Shown one piece after another: positions 38,246 to 49,446 of a stretch of 51,768 nt of DNA. Under the pieces are notes generated by a model that saw only the letters and a program-made list of their open reading frames with translations, ran no database searches and had not been told where the DNA came from. A program made the position numbers and the translations under genes. This stretch comes from Lysobacterales bacterium (GTDB lineage: Bacteria > Pseudomonadota > Gammaproteobacteria > Xanthomonadales > S139-57), in contig WFUE01000130.1 in assembly GCA_015485125.1 (NCBI GenBank), positions 1 through 51,768 on the forward strand, written 5' to 3'. Numbering within the stretch: position 1 is the stretch's first letter; each line of letters starts with the position of its first letter.

Positions 38246-39564
38246 GGTTGTGGAGCCTCCGCCTCATCCACGGGACCGGCGCTTTCCTCCGTACCCGACA
38301 GGTGCGCCACCACCTGCCGGAAGCTGTTCAGGCTCTGGCCGATGGGTGGCAGCTCCGGCTGCAACGGCGTCTGTTGTAACAGGGCCAGTTCCGCCAGTGC
38401 CTGTTTGACCTGCGCATCATTGGTATCGAACTGGTTTTCGATCCATGCGCGGGTATCGTTCAGCAGGGCCTGCACCTGATCCGGCTGCTGCCCGGTCAGG
38501 GCGCTTTCCAGCGCGCTCAGTTGCAGCACCAGCGCCTGATGGCTGGCCTGCTGCCAGCTGGCCGGCAGGGGCGGTGCCTCATCCACCCGCCGCAGGCTGA
38601 CCAGTTGGGAAAGCTGGCTCTGCAACCGGCCCCACCAGCCCGCGCCGCCCTCGGTAGTCTTCTTCTCGCCCGATTCGTTTTCGGCAGCCTTCAGCGGCCA
38701 GTGGGCCTGCTGCGCCTTCATTTCAGCCAGCCAGCCCAGCCAGCGGGCGATATCCGGCATGGCCACGGCCTTCAGGGCCTGGATTTCCGCCTCCACCTGC
38801 AAACGCACCCGCGTGTAGGCGGGATTGTCCAGCGCGGCCAGATGCTGGCTGGCCATTTCCAGCGCGCGCAGGGCCAGGTCGCGGTTCTGGAACAGTTCCA
38901 CCCGCAAAATGGCGGTACGCAGCAGGAATTCAATTTCCATCAGTTTCTGCGCCCGGTCGCCACCGGTCTTCAATTGCGCCAGCTGCATCAGCGCATTCTG
39001 GAAACGGTCGTCGGCCCGTTGCAGGGCATCGATCTGCTGCTTGAGCCCGGCCTGCTGCTGACGCAGGGATTCCAGCGTGCCCGCCTGCTGTTGCCGCACC
39101 TGTTCCAGCGCCTGTTGCAGTTGTTCCAGTTGCTGGCGGTGGCGACTCTCACCTTCCTTGAGAAAACGCAGCTGCTGCTGCACCTGTTCCAGCGGACCCT
39201 GCCAGGGCGGGGTCACCGGCGTCGATTGCCGTTGCCATTGCTGCCAGCCCAGCCAGCTGGCCAGTACCAGCGCCAGCAGTGCCAGCAACAGAGCGGCGGC
39301 TCCCAGGCCCCGGCCCGTGCCGTTGCGGGCAGGGGCATCGGCTGACGGTGGGGCCTGATGTATTTCATCATGGGCTTCTTCGGCAGCTTCATCCGCTTCC
39401 AGCGGCTCGGCTGTGCTTTCGGCCTGCAGCACGGGCGGTTCCCGCCCGGCATCGGAGGCGGCTTGCGCCGGTCTTTCTTCCGATACGTTTTCTTCCGCTT
39501 CCAGCGTTTCCGAAGCCGGATTTTCCTGTTCGTGTTCCGGTGTCTTGTCCTGGCTCATCTTCAT
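38242..39564 (-). CDS. hemX: HemX-like protein (often annotated as a uroporphyrinogen-III C-methyltransferase)
   Basis: An acidic low-complexity N-terminus, a single TM segment (LGAAALLLALLALVLASWLGW), then a Q-rich coiled coil. The gene lies before hemY. Confidence 0.7.
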   Translation of the reverse strand: MKMSQDKTPEHEQENPASETLEAEENVSEERPAQAASDAGREPPVLQAESTAEPLEADEAAEEAHDEIHQAPPSADAPARNGTGRGLGAAALLLALLALVLASWLGWQQWQRQSTPVTPPWQGPLEQVQQQLRFLKEGESRHRQQLEQLQQALEQVRQQQAGTLESLRQQQAGLKQQIDALQRADDRFQNALMQLAQLKTGGDRAQKLMEIEFLLRTAILRVELFQNRDLALRALEMASQHLAALDNPAYTRVRLQVEAEIQALKAVAMPDIARWLGWLAEMKAQQAHWPLKAAENESGEKKTTEGGAGWWGRLQSQLSQLVSLRRVDEAPPLPASWQQASHQALVLQLSALESALTGQQPDQVQALLNDTRAWIENQFDTNDAQVKQALAELALLQQTPLQPELPPIGQSLNSFRQVVAHLSGTEESAGPVDEAEAPQP

Positions 39565-42125
39565 TCATCCAGCATGATTTGTCGGGCGGGCTCCCGGTCG
39601 TTGTAGCGGGAGGACATCACGGCGCCATACGCACCCGTATTGGCCACCAGCATCATATCACCTTCCCGGCAGATAGGCAGTTGTCGATCCACGCCGAGAA
39701 TGTCGCCTGTTTCACAGATTGGGCCTACCACCGTGGCCGTCAAGGCCGGCGGCTCGTGCAGGCGCGTCAGATTGACGATGGGGTGGTAGGCGCCATAGAG
39801 CACCGGACGAATCAGGGAGTTCATTCCGGTTTCCACGCCCACATAGTGGGTACTGCCCTTGCGCTTGGTCTGGGTCACCCGGCTGACCAGCACGCCGCTG
39901 TTGGCCACCACAAAGCGGCCCGGCTCCAGCCAGAGTTCCACATCCGGGTGTTGCCGGCGGATTTCCGCCAGGCTTTCATCCAGCGCCTGCATGTTCAGCG
40001 CCGGCTCGCCGGGAGATTCCTGTATGCCCAGACCCCCGCCCAGGTCGATATGGCGCACGTCGGGGAAAGCTTGGCGCACCCGGTGGAGGAAGCGCGCGGT
40101 CTGTTGCCAGTTTTCGTAGTTGAGAATGCCGCTGCCGGTATGGGAGTGCAGCCCTTCCACGGTCACGCCATGCTGTTTCAGCAGCGCGGCCATGGGTTCG
40201 ATTTCTTCCGGCGAGATGCCGAACTTGGAGCCCTCTCCCGCCGTGCGCACATATTTGTGATGACCCTTGCCGTGGCCGGGGTCCATGCGCAGCATGACGG
40301 TCTTGCCGGCAAAGACTTCCGGCCAGGCTTCCAGCGGGTAGCGGTTGTCCAGAGTCACATGCACGCCCAGCTCGAAGGCCCGTTCGTATTCCTCCCGTGG
40401 GGCGAAGTTGGGCGTAAAGAGGATGCGGTCGCGGTCGATGTCCGGGAACAGCCGCAACACTTTTTCCAGCTCGTTGGGTGATACGCACTCCAGCCCTAGC
40501 CCGGCGGCCTCCACAATGCGCAGCACCGGCTCGAAATCGTTGGCCTTCATGGCGTAGAACACCCGATTGACCTGCCGCAGGGATTGCAGCTGCGCCAGCT
40601 GCCGGCGGATGGTGTCGCCGTGGTAGATGTAGGCGGGGGTTTGGTCTTCGGCAAAGGCCAGCAGCCGTTCCCGCTCACGCTCCCACCAGGGCGCTTCGCT
40701 GGGGGCATAGGCCTTGAGGTTTTCCTGCATCAGCTCTTCCCAGGTGGGGCCGAGCACACCGGGGCTGCGCTCGATGCCGATGAGCAAGCGGTGCAGGTTC
40801 TTGGCCAGCCGTTCGGTCTGGTCTTCATCCACCACCACGGTGAGGTTGAGGTCGTTGGAGGACTGGTTGAGCATGTGGATGCGATGTTCGGCAAACACCT
40901 GCATGGCCGGCCCCAGCTTGTGCAGGGTGGCGCGCATGCGCCGGCCCACCAGGGTGACAGCACCGCAGTTTTCGATCAGCTCCACCTGGCAGAGTTCTTC
41001 CAGATCGGCTTTCAGGCCCAGCAAGTCGGCGCGGGTGAATTCGTTTTCGCTCTGGTCCAGCGAGACGGTGACATTGGTCTGCGAGGTGGAAATCAGGTCC
41101 ACCGACAGCCCGTGACTCTTGAACACGGCGAAGGCCTCGGCGAGAAAACCGGCCTGATGCCACATGCGCACGGTGTTCATGGAAACCAGCACCAGCCCCT
41201 TGCGCACCGAGATGGCCTTGACCTGGGTGGGCTGCACCCGTTCGGCCTTGCCGATGCAGGTGCCGCCGGCTTCCGGCTTCTGCAGGGCGTAGACGCACAG
41301 GGGAATGCCCGCCTCGGCCACCGGCTGAATGCAGCGCGGATGCAGCACCTTGCCCCCGGCGGAGGCGATTTCCTGCGCCTCGTCGTAATCCAGTTCCAGC
41401 AGCTGGCGGGCGGTGCTGATCATGCGCGGGTTGGCGGTGAACATGCCGGGCACATCGGTGTAGATTTCCAGCATTTCCGCCTGCAGGCGCACGGCCAGAT
41501 AGGCCGCGCTGGTGTCGGAACCTTCCCGCCCCAGCAGCAGGGTACGCCCGTATTCATCACCGCAGATGAAGCCCTGGGTCAGGCACAGGGGCGCGTGCCG
41601 GGCCAGATCCTCCTGCAGCGCCGGGTCGGGCGCGTGCTGGCAGCGGGCGGAGAGAATGCGGCTGCGCAGGTTGCGCTGGTCGTCTTCCACCGGGCTGAGC
41701 AGCTTGCGGGCATCCAGCCACACCGCCGGCAGGCCCTGCTGTTGCAGCCAGGCGCAGGAAAGGTGCGTGGCCAGCAACTCGCCCTGGGCCATGATTTCCG
41801 CCTCCAGGTACTCGCTGGCATTTTCCTGCTCGAGCCGCCCGGCCAACTGGCGCAGCTGCTCGAAACCTTCCGCCAGCACAGCCAGGTCCACGCCCATTTC
41901 CGTCGCCAGCGCCTCGTGCCGGGCCTGGATGTCGTCCACCAGCGCCCCATCGCGGCTTTCGATCAGCGCCGCCAGCTGGTTGGATACGCCAGCCAGGGCG
42001 GAATGCACCACCAGCACCGGCTGTTGGGCGATTTTCTCTTTCAGCAGGTCACGAATGCGTTGCCAGTTCTGCACGGTGGCCACACTGGTGCCACCGAATT
42101 TCATCACGCGCCATTGCTTGCTCAT
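39561..42125 (-). CDS. Bifunctional aspartate kinase / diaminopimelate decarboxylase fusion
   Basis: The N-terminal half is an aspartokinase (VMKFGGTSVA, ACT-like region). The C-terminal half is a PLP decarboxylase (FYAMKAN, HSHTGSG, CETGD). I trimmed the start to MSKQWRVMKFGG (ATG at 42125). Confidence 0.85.
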   Translation of the reverse strand: MSKQWRVMKFGGTSVATVQNWQRIRDLLKEKIAQQPVLVVHSALAGVSNQLAALIESRDGALVDDIQARHEALATEMGVDLAVLAEGFEQLRQLAGRLEQENASEYLEAEIMAQGELLATHLSCAWLQQQGLPAVWLDARKLLSPVEDDQRNLRSRILSARCQHAPDPALQEDLARHAPLCLTQGFICGDEYGRTLLLGREGSDTSAAYLAVRLQAEMLEIYTDVPGMFTANPRMISTARQLLELDYDEAQEIASAGGKVLHPRCIQPVAEAGIPLCVYALQKPEAGGTCIGKAERVQPTQVKAISVRKGLVLVSMNTVRMWHQAGFLAEAFAVFKSHGLSVDLISTSQTNVTVSLDQSENEFTRADLLGLKADLEELCQVELIENCGAVTLVGRRMRATLHKLGPAMQVFAEHRIHMLNQSSNDLNLTVVVDEDQTERLAKNLHRLLIGIERSPGVLGPTWEELMQENLKAYAPSEAPWWERERERLLAFAEDQTPAYIYHGDTIRRQLAQLQSLRQVNRVFYAMKANDFEPVLRIVEAAGLGLECVSPNELEKVLRLFPDIDRDRILFTPNFAPREEYERAFELGVHVTLDNRYPLEAWPEVFAGKTVMLRMDPGHGKGHHKYVRTAGEGSKFGISPEEIEPMAALLKQHGVTVEGLHSHTGSGILNYENWQQTARFLHRVRQAFPDVRHIDLGGGLGIQESPGEPALNMQALDESLAEIRRQHPDVELWLEPGRFVVANSGVLVSRVTQTKRKGSTHYVGVETGMNSLIRPVLYGAYHPIVNLTRLHEPPALTATVVGPICETGDILGVDRQLPICREGDMMLVANTGAYGAVMSSRYNDREPARQIMLDE

Positions 42126-42216
42126 GCCGCCATCTTTCCTGCTGCCAAAAACCGGCAGTGTATGCATGGGCGGCCCGTGGGGGAATAGTCCATTCGGTAT
42201 TGATGTGTGATGACAA

Positions 42217-43569
42217 TCAGGGCAACAGGTGCAACAGGGCTTCCAGCGTTTTTTTCACCGCGCCTCGATGGGCCATGACATGGTTGCGGGCGGCCATGCC
42301 GCTGCGTTGCAGCCCTTCGCTGTCTTCCAGCAGATTTTCCATGGCCTGGAACAGCTCCAGCGGATCGTCGATGCGAAACAGGCCGCCATCGGCCTGCAGG
42401 GCCTCGACAATGTGGCGAAAGTTGTGCACATGCGGGCCGATGAACACCGGCTTGCCCAGGGCCGCCGGTTCCAGCACATTGTGACCGCCCACCGGCACCA
42501 GTGACCCTCCCATGAAGCAGGCATCACTGGCGGCCAGCCAGAACAGCAGGGCGCCCAGGCGGTCCACCACCAGCACTTGCGTATCCGCCAGCTTCTCCGC
42601 GAGCGGCGCCTCCGGCGGCAGGCCCAGTTCGGACTCCAGCCGGCAAGCCAACCCGCCCTGCTGCAACAACTTGCAGACGGCTGCCGCCCGCTCCGGGTGG
42701 CGTGGCACCACCACCAGCAAGCGTTGTGGCACTTCCGCCAGGGCGCGCAGACAAGGCAGCAGCGCCCGCTCCTCGCCCTCGTGCGTGGAAGCGAATGCCA
42801 GCACCTGCCGCAATGGCTGGGCGCGCCGCCATTGCAGCGCCTGCTGCATCAGCGCCGCATCCACTTCCATGTCGTACTTGAGGTTGCCGGCCACCTGCAC
42901 ATGGGCCGGCTCGACGCCCAGGGCCTGAAAATGACGCAGACTGTCCTCGTTCTGGCAACTGAGCAAGGTGCAGTGGCGGAAGGTATCCCGTACCAGCGGG
43001 GCCAGCAGGGCATAGCCGGCGGCGGATTGCAGCGACAAACGCGCGTTGACCAGCGCCAGCGGCACTTCCGCCAGCCCGCAGGCCCGCCAGGCATTGGGCC
43101 AGATTTCCGTTTCCAGAAACACCGCCAGCCGCGGACGGGTGCGAGCCAGAAAACGCTGCTGCGCCCCGGGCAGATCCTGGGGAAAATGTGCATGGCTCAC
43201 CCGGTCACCGAGGGTGTCGGCTACCCGTTGCAGACCGGTGGGCGTGGTAGTGGTCACCAGGATGCGGTCACGAGGCCGGCGCGCCAGCCACGCCTGGATC
43301 AGCGGCAAGGCGGCGTTGAACTCCCCCACCGACACGGTATGAAACCAGACATCCACATGCACGGGCCGGATGAATCCCAACCGTTCGCCCCAGCGACGGC
43401 GATAGGCCGGCAGGCGCAGACTTTTCCACAACAGCCGCAGGTAGACCAGCGGCTGCGCCAGCGCCAGCAGGCCGGTCCAGCCACAGCGCAGCCAGTGCGG
43501 CCGGCACGCCAGCCAGGCGGGCAGCAGGGGGCGGGGCAGCGGCGGCAAGTCCTCGGGCTTTTCCGGCAT
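42217..43569 (-). CDS. waaA: 3-deoxy-D-manno-octulosonic acid (Kdo) transferase
   Basis: WFHTVSVGE near the N-terminus and the C-terminal GGSLVPVGGHNVLEPAALGKPV motif. Confidence 0.85.
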   Translation of the reverse strand: MPEKPEDLPPLPRPLLPAWLACRPHWLRCGWTGLLALAQPLVYLRLLWKSLRLPAYRRRWGERLGFIRPVHVDVWFHTVSVGEFNAALPLIQAWLARRPRDRILVTTTTPTGLQRVADTLGDRVSHAHFPQDLPGAQQRFLARTRPRLAVFLETEIWPNAWRACGLAEVPLALVNARLSLQSAAGYALLAPLVRDTFRHCTLLSCQNEDSLRHFQALGVEPAHVQVAGNLKYDMEVDAALMQQALQWRRAQPLRQVLAFASTHEGEERALLPCLRALAEVPQRLLVVVPRHPERAAAVCKLLQQGGLACRLESELGLPPEAPLAEKLADTQVLVVDRLGALLFWLAASDACFMGGSLVPVGGHNVLEPAALGKPVFIGPHVHNFRHIVEALQADGGLFRIDDPLELFQAMENLLEDSEGLQRSGMAARNHVMAHRGAVKKTLEALLHLLP

Positions 43570-43617
43570 GGGTATTCCGGCATGGGCAAAAACGAAAGTC
43601 TACCGCATAATACGCGC

Positions 43618-46390
<2,773 letters not shown>

Positions 46391-46397
46391 CCGCCTG

Positions 46398-47537
46398 TCA
46401 GTAAAACGGCTGCTCCCAGGGCATCCCCGCCTGCCAGTGCCCCCACCAGGCCAGTTCCGTCAGGGGCTTGTCGGCCTTGACAAAGCTTTCCTGACACAGA
46501 CTGTTCCACAAAGGCGGATCGGACAGCGCCTTTCTCCAGCGGTCACCCAGATCGCGACCATCCGCCATGAATTGCACCTGCTCCGGCTCCACGCCACCGG
46601 GCATGTATTGCAGGCGTACCAGCACTTCCTCACCCAGCCCCGCGCGCACACCGGCCAGCGCCAGCTTGCGTGCCAACAGGTTGCCGAAACGATCCACCTT
46701 GTAAAAATCCTTGCCTGAAAGCGCACCGCCACCGATGGGTACGGTGGGGCCGTAGAAATCCATCACCAGCTTGCGCCCGGTACTGCCGTTGTCGCCCATC
46801 GGGCCGGCAACCGTGAATGAGCCACCGGGATTGATCCACAAACGTGGCATGCCAAACGACTTGCAGACGCGTTCCACGGTCTCGGTCAGAATTTGCTGCA
46901 TCCAGAACGGATCGGTCTGTTCATGGTGACTGAGGCTGATGACCACGGTCTCCGGCTGCCATTGGGAACCGTTCCGTCGTACCCGAACCAGCACCTTGCC
47001 ATCCGGCCCCAGCCATTGCGGATGATTCTGCCGGCAGGCAAAGAGTGCCTGTGCCAGCGCGCGAGCCAGCCAGTGAGCCGGCGGCAAATGATTCGTTTCT
47101 TCGCATGCGTTGGCATAACCCACACAAAGGGCCTGGTCACAGATCACATGCAGGTTTTGCTTGATCTCGTGCGGCAGGCTGAAACGCCGAATCAGACTGT
47201 GAATATTCAGTCTGGACGGCTGTGGCGGCCATAGATGCCCACCGGTACTGTCCCCATAGCCACACTGGCGCAACACCTGCAGAAACAGATCCTTGTCCAG
47301 GGGCGTTGCTGTACCACCCGTCCAGCCATTGTGCGGCTGGTGCAGGCTGACATGGAGCTGTTCGTGCAACATCTGCACTTCCACACTGCACAGATCCTTG
47401 CGTTGTTTTCTCACACGTGCCCGCCAGCCGTTACCGGCACCGAGGATCTGGTCCACCACCGCGTCAGCCATGGCGTCACACAATTTGTCCGGATGACCGG
47501 GCAAGACATATTCGGCGGTTTCTTCACTTATTTCCAT
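46398..47537 (-). CDS. Divergent MetK-like (S-adenosylmethionine synthetase fold) protein
   Basis: MetK motifs are retained: GHPDKLCDAMADAVVD, CDQALCVGYA, LGPDGKVLV, INPGGSFTVAGPMGDNGSTGRKLVMDFYG, and GGGALSGKDFYKVDR. The start at ATG 47537 has AGGAGAG upstream and overlaps the upstream gene by 10 nt. Confidence 0.7.
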   Translation of the reverse strand: MEISEETAEYVLPGHPDKLCDAMADAVVDQILGAGNGWRARVRKQRKDLCSVEVQMLHEQLHVSLHQPHNGWTGGTATPLDKDLFLQVLRQCGYGDSTGGHLWPPQPSRLNIHSLIRRFSLPHEIKQNLHVICDQALCVGYANACEETNHLPPAHWLARALAQALFACRQNHPQWLGPDGKVLVRVRRNGSQWQPETVVISLSHHEQTDPFWMQQILTETVERVCKSFGMPRLWINPGGSFTVAGPMGDNGSTGRKLVMDFYGPTVPIGGGALSGKDFYKVDRFGNLLARKLALAGVRAGLGEEVLVRLQYMPGGVEPEQVQFMADGRDLGDRWRKALSDPPLWNSLCQESFVKADKPLTELAWWGHWQAGMPWEQPFY

Positions 47538-48883
47538 GACGGTCTCTCCTGGTTTTTCCAGAAAAACGCCCTGGCATTGAAATCCTGCAGAAAAGCCTGT
47601 TGCTCCAACAGCCATTCACCTGCATGGGTAACGAATACATGCACCCGTCGTCCCTGACGCAAACGGGCAACCAGATGCTCCGGGACGCGCCCCACCCAGC
47701 CATCGGTTATGATCAGTGCGTGTTTCACATCATGCTTGAGCATGTGTCTGGCCACACACTCGATCTCCGTCCCCCACCAGGTATCCACCTGCCCCTCGCG
47801 CAAGGCCTGCAGATCGATATCCCGCACGCGCGTACTGAACAGATGCACCTCTGGATACAGGGCCTCGCGTGCTGCCAGCAGCTCTCCGTAACAATGGGGC
47901 AGCCAATGCGCCATGGAACCACTGACATCCAGGTAGATATGCACGCTGCCACCCCGATTGCGCGCCTGCGGGCGGACATGGGTCTGCAGCAACGTCTGCC
48001 AGCCCAGCAAACGCCCCAGCCAGGCACGGCGATCCCGGCTGGACGGCAAGGGCATGATCACCTTTTCTGTTTCCGGCTGGGGCGAACGGGCCACTCCCGC
48101 CTCGTGCAGTAGCGGCCACAAGGCCCGGCGGAACTGCCGCCTGACCTCGTCGGGTGACGCCTTCGGTACGATGGCATGACAAGAAAGGGTTGCCTCCGCG
48201 CCACGCAGTGGTTGCGGGTAACGCTGACCGATCTCATCCAGCGCCTGTTGCAACAGGGGGTCGACTGTGGACTTCTGGCCCAGGACCGGCTCATGACCGC
48301 CCAGCAGCAGGATATCCACACGCGGGCACAGCGACAGGATGGCGTCGATCAGGTCCGTCAACGGTAATTGGGTACTGCTGTACAGGAGCTGGTGGACCTG
48401 CAAAGCCCGGCCTTGCAAGCACCAGCGAACAGACGACTCGCCCCAGCCTGGCGGTGGCCGCAACCAGGCATATGGCAGGGCGTCGGGGCGATACAACCGG
48501 CGAAACAGGCCTGTCCATCGTGGTTCCGGAAAGGCCTGGCACAACTGGGCGTTGATCAGGGCATCGAAGGCCAGATTGTGCACGCTGTCCACCGGTCCGT
48601 TCCAGCGGGTGTGGCCCAGCATGACATGCAGCAATTCATGCATCACCAGCATGGCCAGCGCTTCCCGGGTCGCGCAGTGCCGCATCACGAAATCCGGATT
48701 GATACGCAGGCGGGGCCGGTGTTCCAGGGTGACGGCCGCGGTTTCCACCTCGCGGCATACCTTGATTTCCAGTATTTCAAGCAACTGGTGAAAGGCCGGA
48801 TTTTCCACCGGCAGGGCCTGGAGGATACGTTCCAGCAAACGCTCGCTTTCCTCTGTACGCCGGACCAGTGCATGGGCGCTCAT
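47528..48883 (-). CDS. HExxH metallopeptidase-like N-domain plus VWA-like C-domain protein (DUF2201-type MoxR partner)
   Basis: HELLHVMLGH, followed by NLAFDALINAQ. The C-terminal MIDAS-like motifs are YLDVSGSM ... GTEI ... IITDG. Confidence 0.7.
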   Translation of the reverse strand: MSAHALVRRTEESERLLERILQALPVENPAFHQLLEILEIKVCREVETAAVTLEHRPRLRINPDFVMRHCATREALAMLVMHELLHVMLGHTRWNGPVDSVHNLAFDALINAQLCQAFPEPRWTGLFRRLYRPDALPYAWLRPPPGWGESSVRWCLQGRALQVHQLLYSSTQLPLTDLIDAILSLCPRVDILLLGGHEPVLGQKSTVDPLLQQALDEIGQRYPQPLRGAEATLSCHAIVPKASPDEVRRQFRRALWPLLHEAGVARSPQPETEKVIMPLPSSRDRRAWLGRLLGWQTLLQTHVRPQARNRGGSVHIYLDVSGSMAHWLPHCYGELLAAREALYPEVHLFSTRVRDIDLQALREGQVDTWWGTEIECVARHMLKHDVKHALIITDGWVGRVPEHLVARLRQGRRVHVFVTHAGEWLLEQQAFLQDFNARAFFWKNQERPSWK

Positions 48884-49446
48884 GGTCTGTTCCCCGCCAT
48901 GGCATGGACACGGAGGCCTTTCACCCAGCCGACCTGTGGCGGCAATTGCAACATGCGTTGGCTGCTATACAGAGGTGGTCTGCTACCAGCCAGCAGACAC
49001 AGGGCCCGCGCGGGGTCCATTTCCAGCGATCCTGCCCGGCACATATCCGGTTCCAGTTCCTGAGCCACTGCGAAGGGTGGCAAACCGGGATTCATGGCCT
49101 GTATAGCCTCCAGTGCATCAATCAGGGCCTGTTCCAGCGTCTCGCGCTTGCTGTCGAACCAGACTTCCACCCGCCGGCAACAGGGCGCTTCCGTATCACC
49201 ATCACCGGCGGCCCACCGTGCCAGTTCCAGCCAGCAGGCCCACGGCATCCGGGGTTGTTCATCGATGGTGTACGGTCCCCAGCATTGCTGGATCTCGCCT
49301 TCCCGCTCCATCCAGTGAAAAGGAGGAAAATGACGGGCCAGCAGCTGCAATGGCTGCACTGTGGCCAGCACACGCATGCCCATTGCCCTTGCCAGGGTGG
49401 TGCCGCCGCGTGGTGGAACATAAACCTTGGTTGTGGGCACTTTCAT
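48880..49446 (-). CDS. Orphan 188-aa protein (Trp/Cys/Pro-rich), no recognised family
   Basis: The ORF is bracketed by ATGA stop/start overlaps on both sides (49443-49446 and 48880-48883), which argues that it is translated. Confidence 0.5.
   Translation of the reverse strand: MKVPTTKVYVPPRGGTTLARAMGMRVLATVQPLQLLARHFPPFHWMEREGEIQQCWGPYTIDEQPRMPWACWLELARWAAGDGDTEAPCCRRVEVWFDSKRETLEQALIDALEAIQAMNPGLPPFAVAQELEPDMCRAGSLEMDPARALCLLAGSRPPLYSSQRMLQLPPQVGWVKGLRVHAMAGNRP

Noticed and set aside
42126-42216. A short hairpin, ctgcc-aaaaac-cggcag, lies between waaA and lysAC and could be a terminator.
   Set aside because: The stem is only 5-6 bp, the T residues fall in the loop rather than trailing the stem, and the region more likely holds the lysAC promoter.
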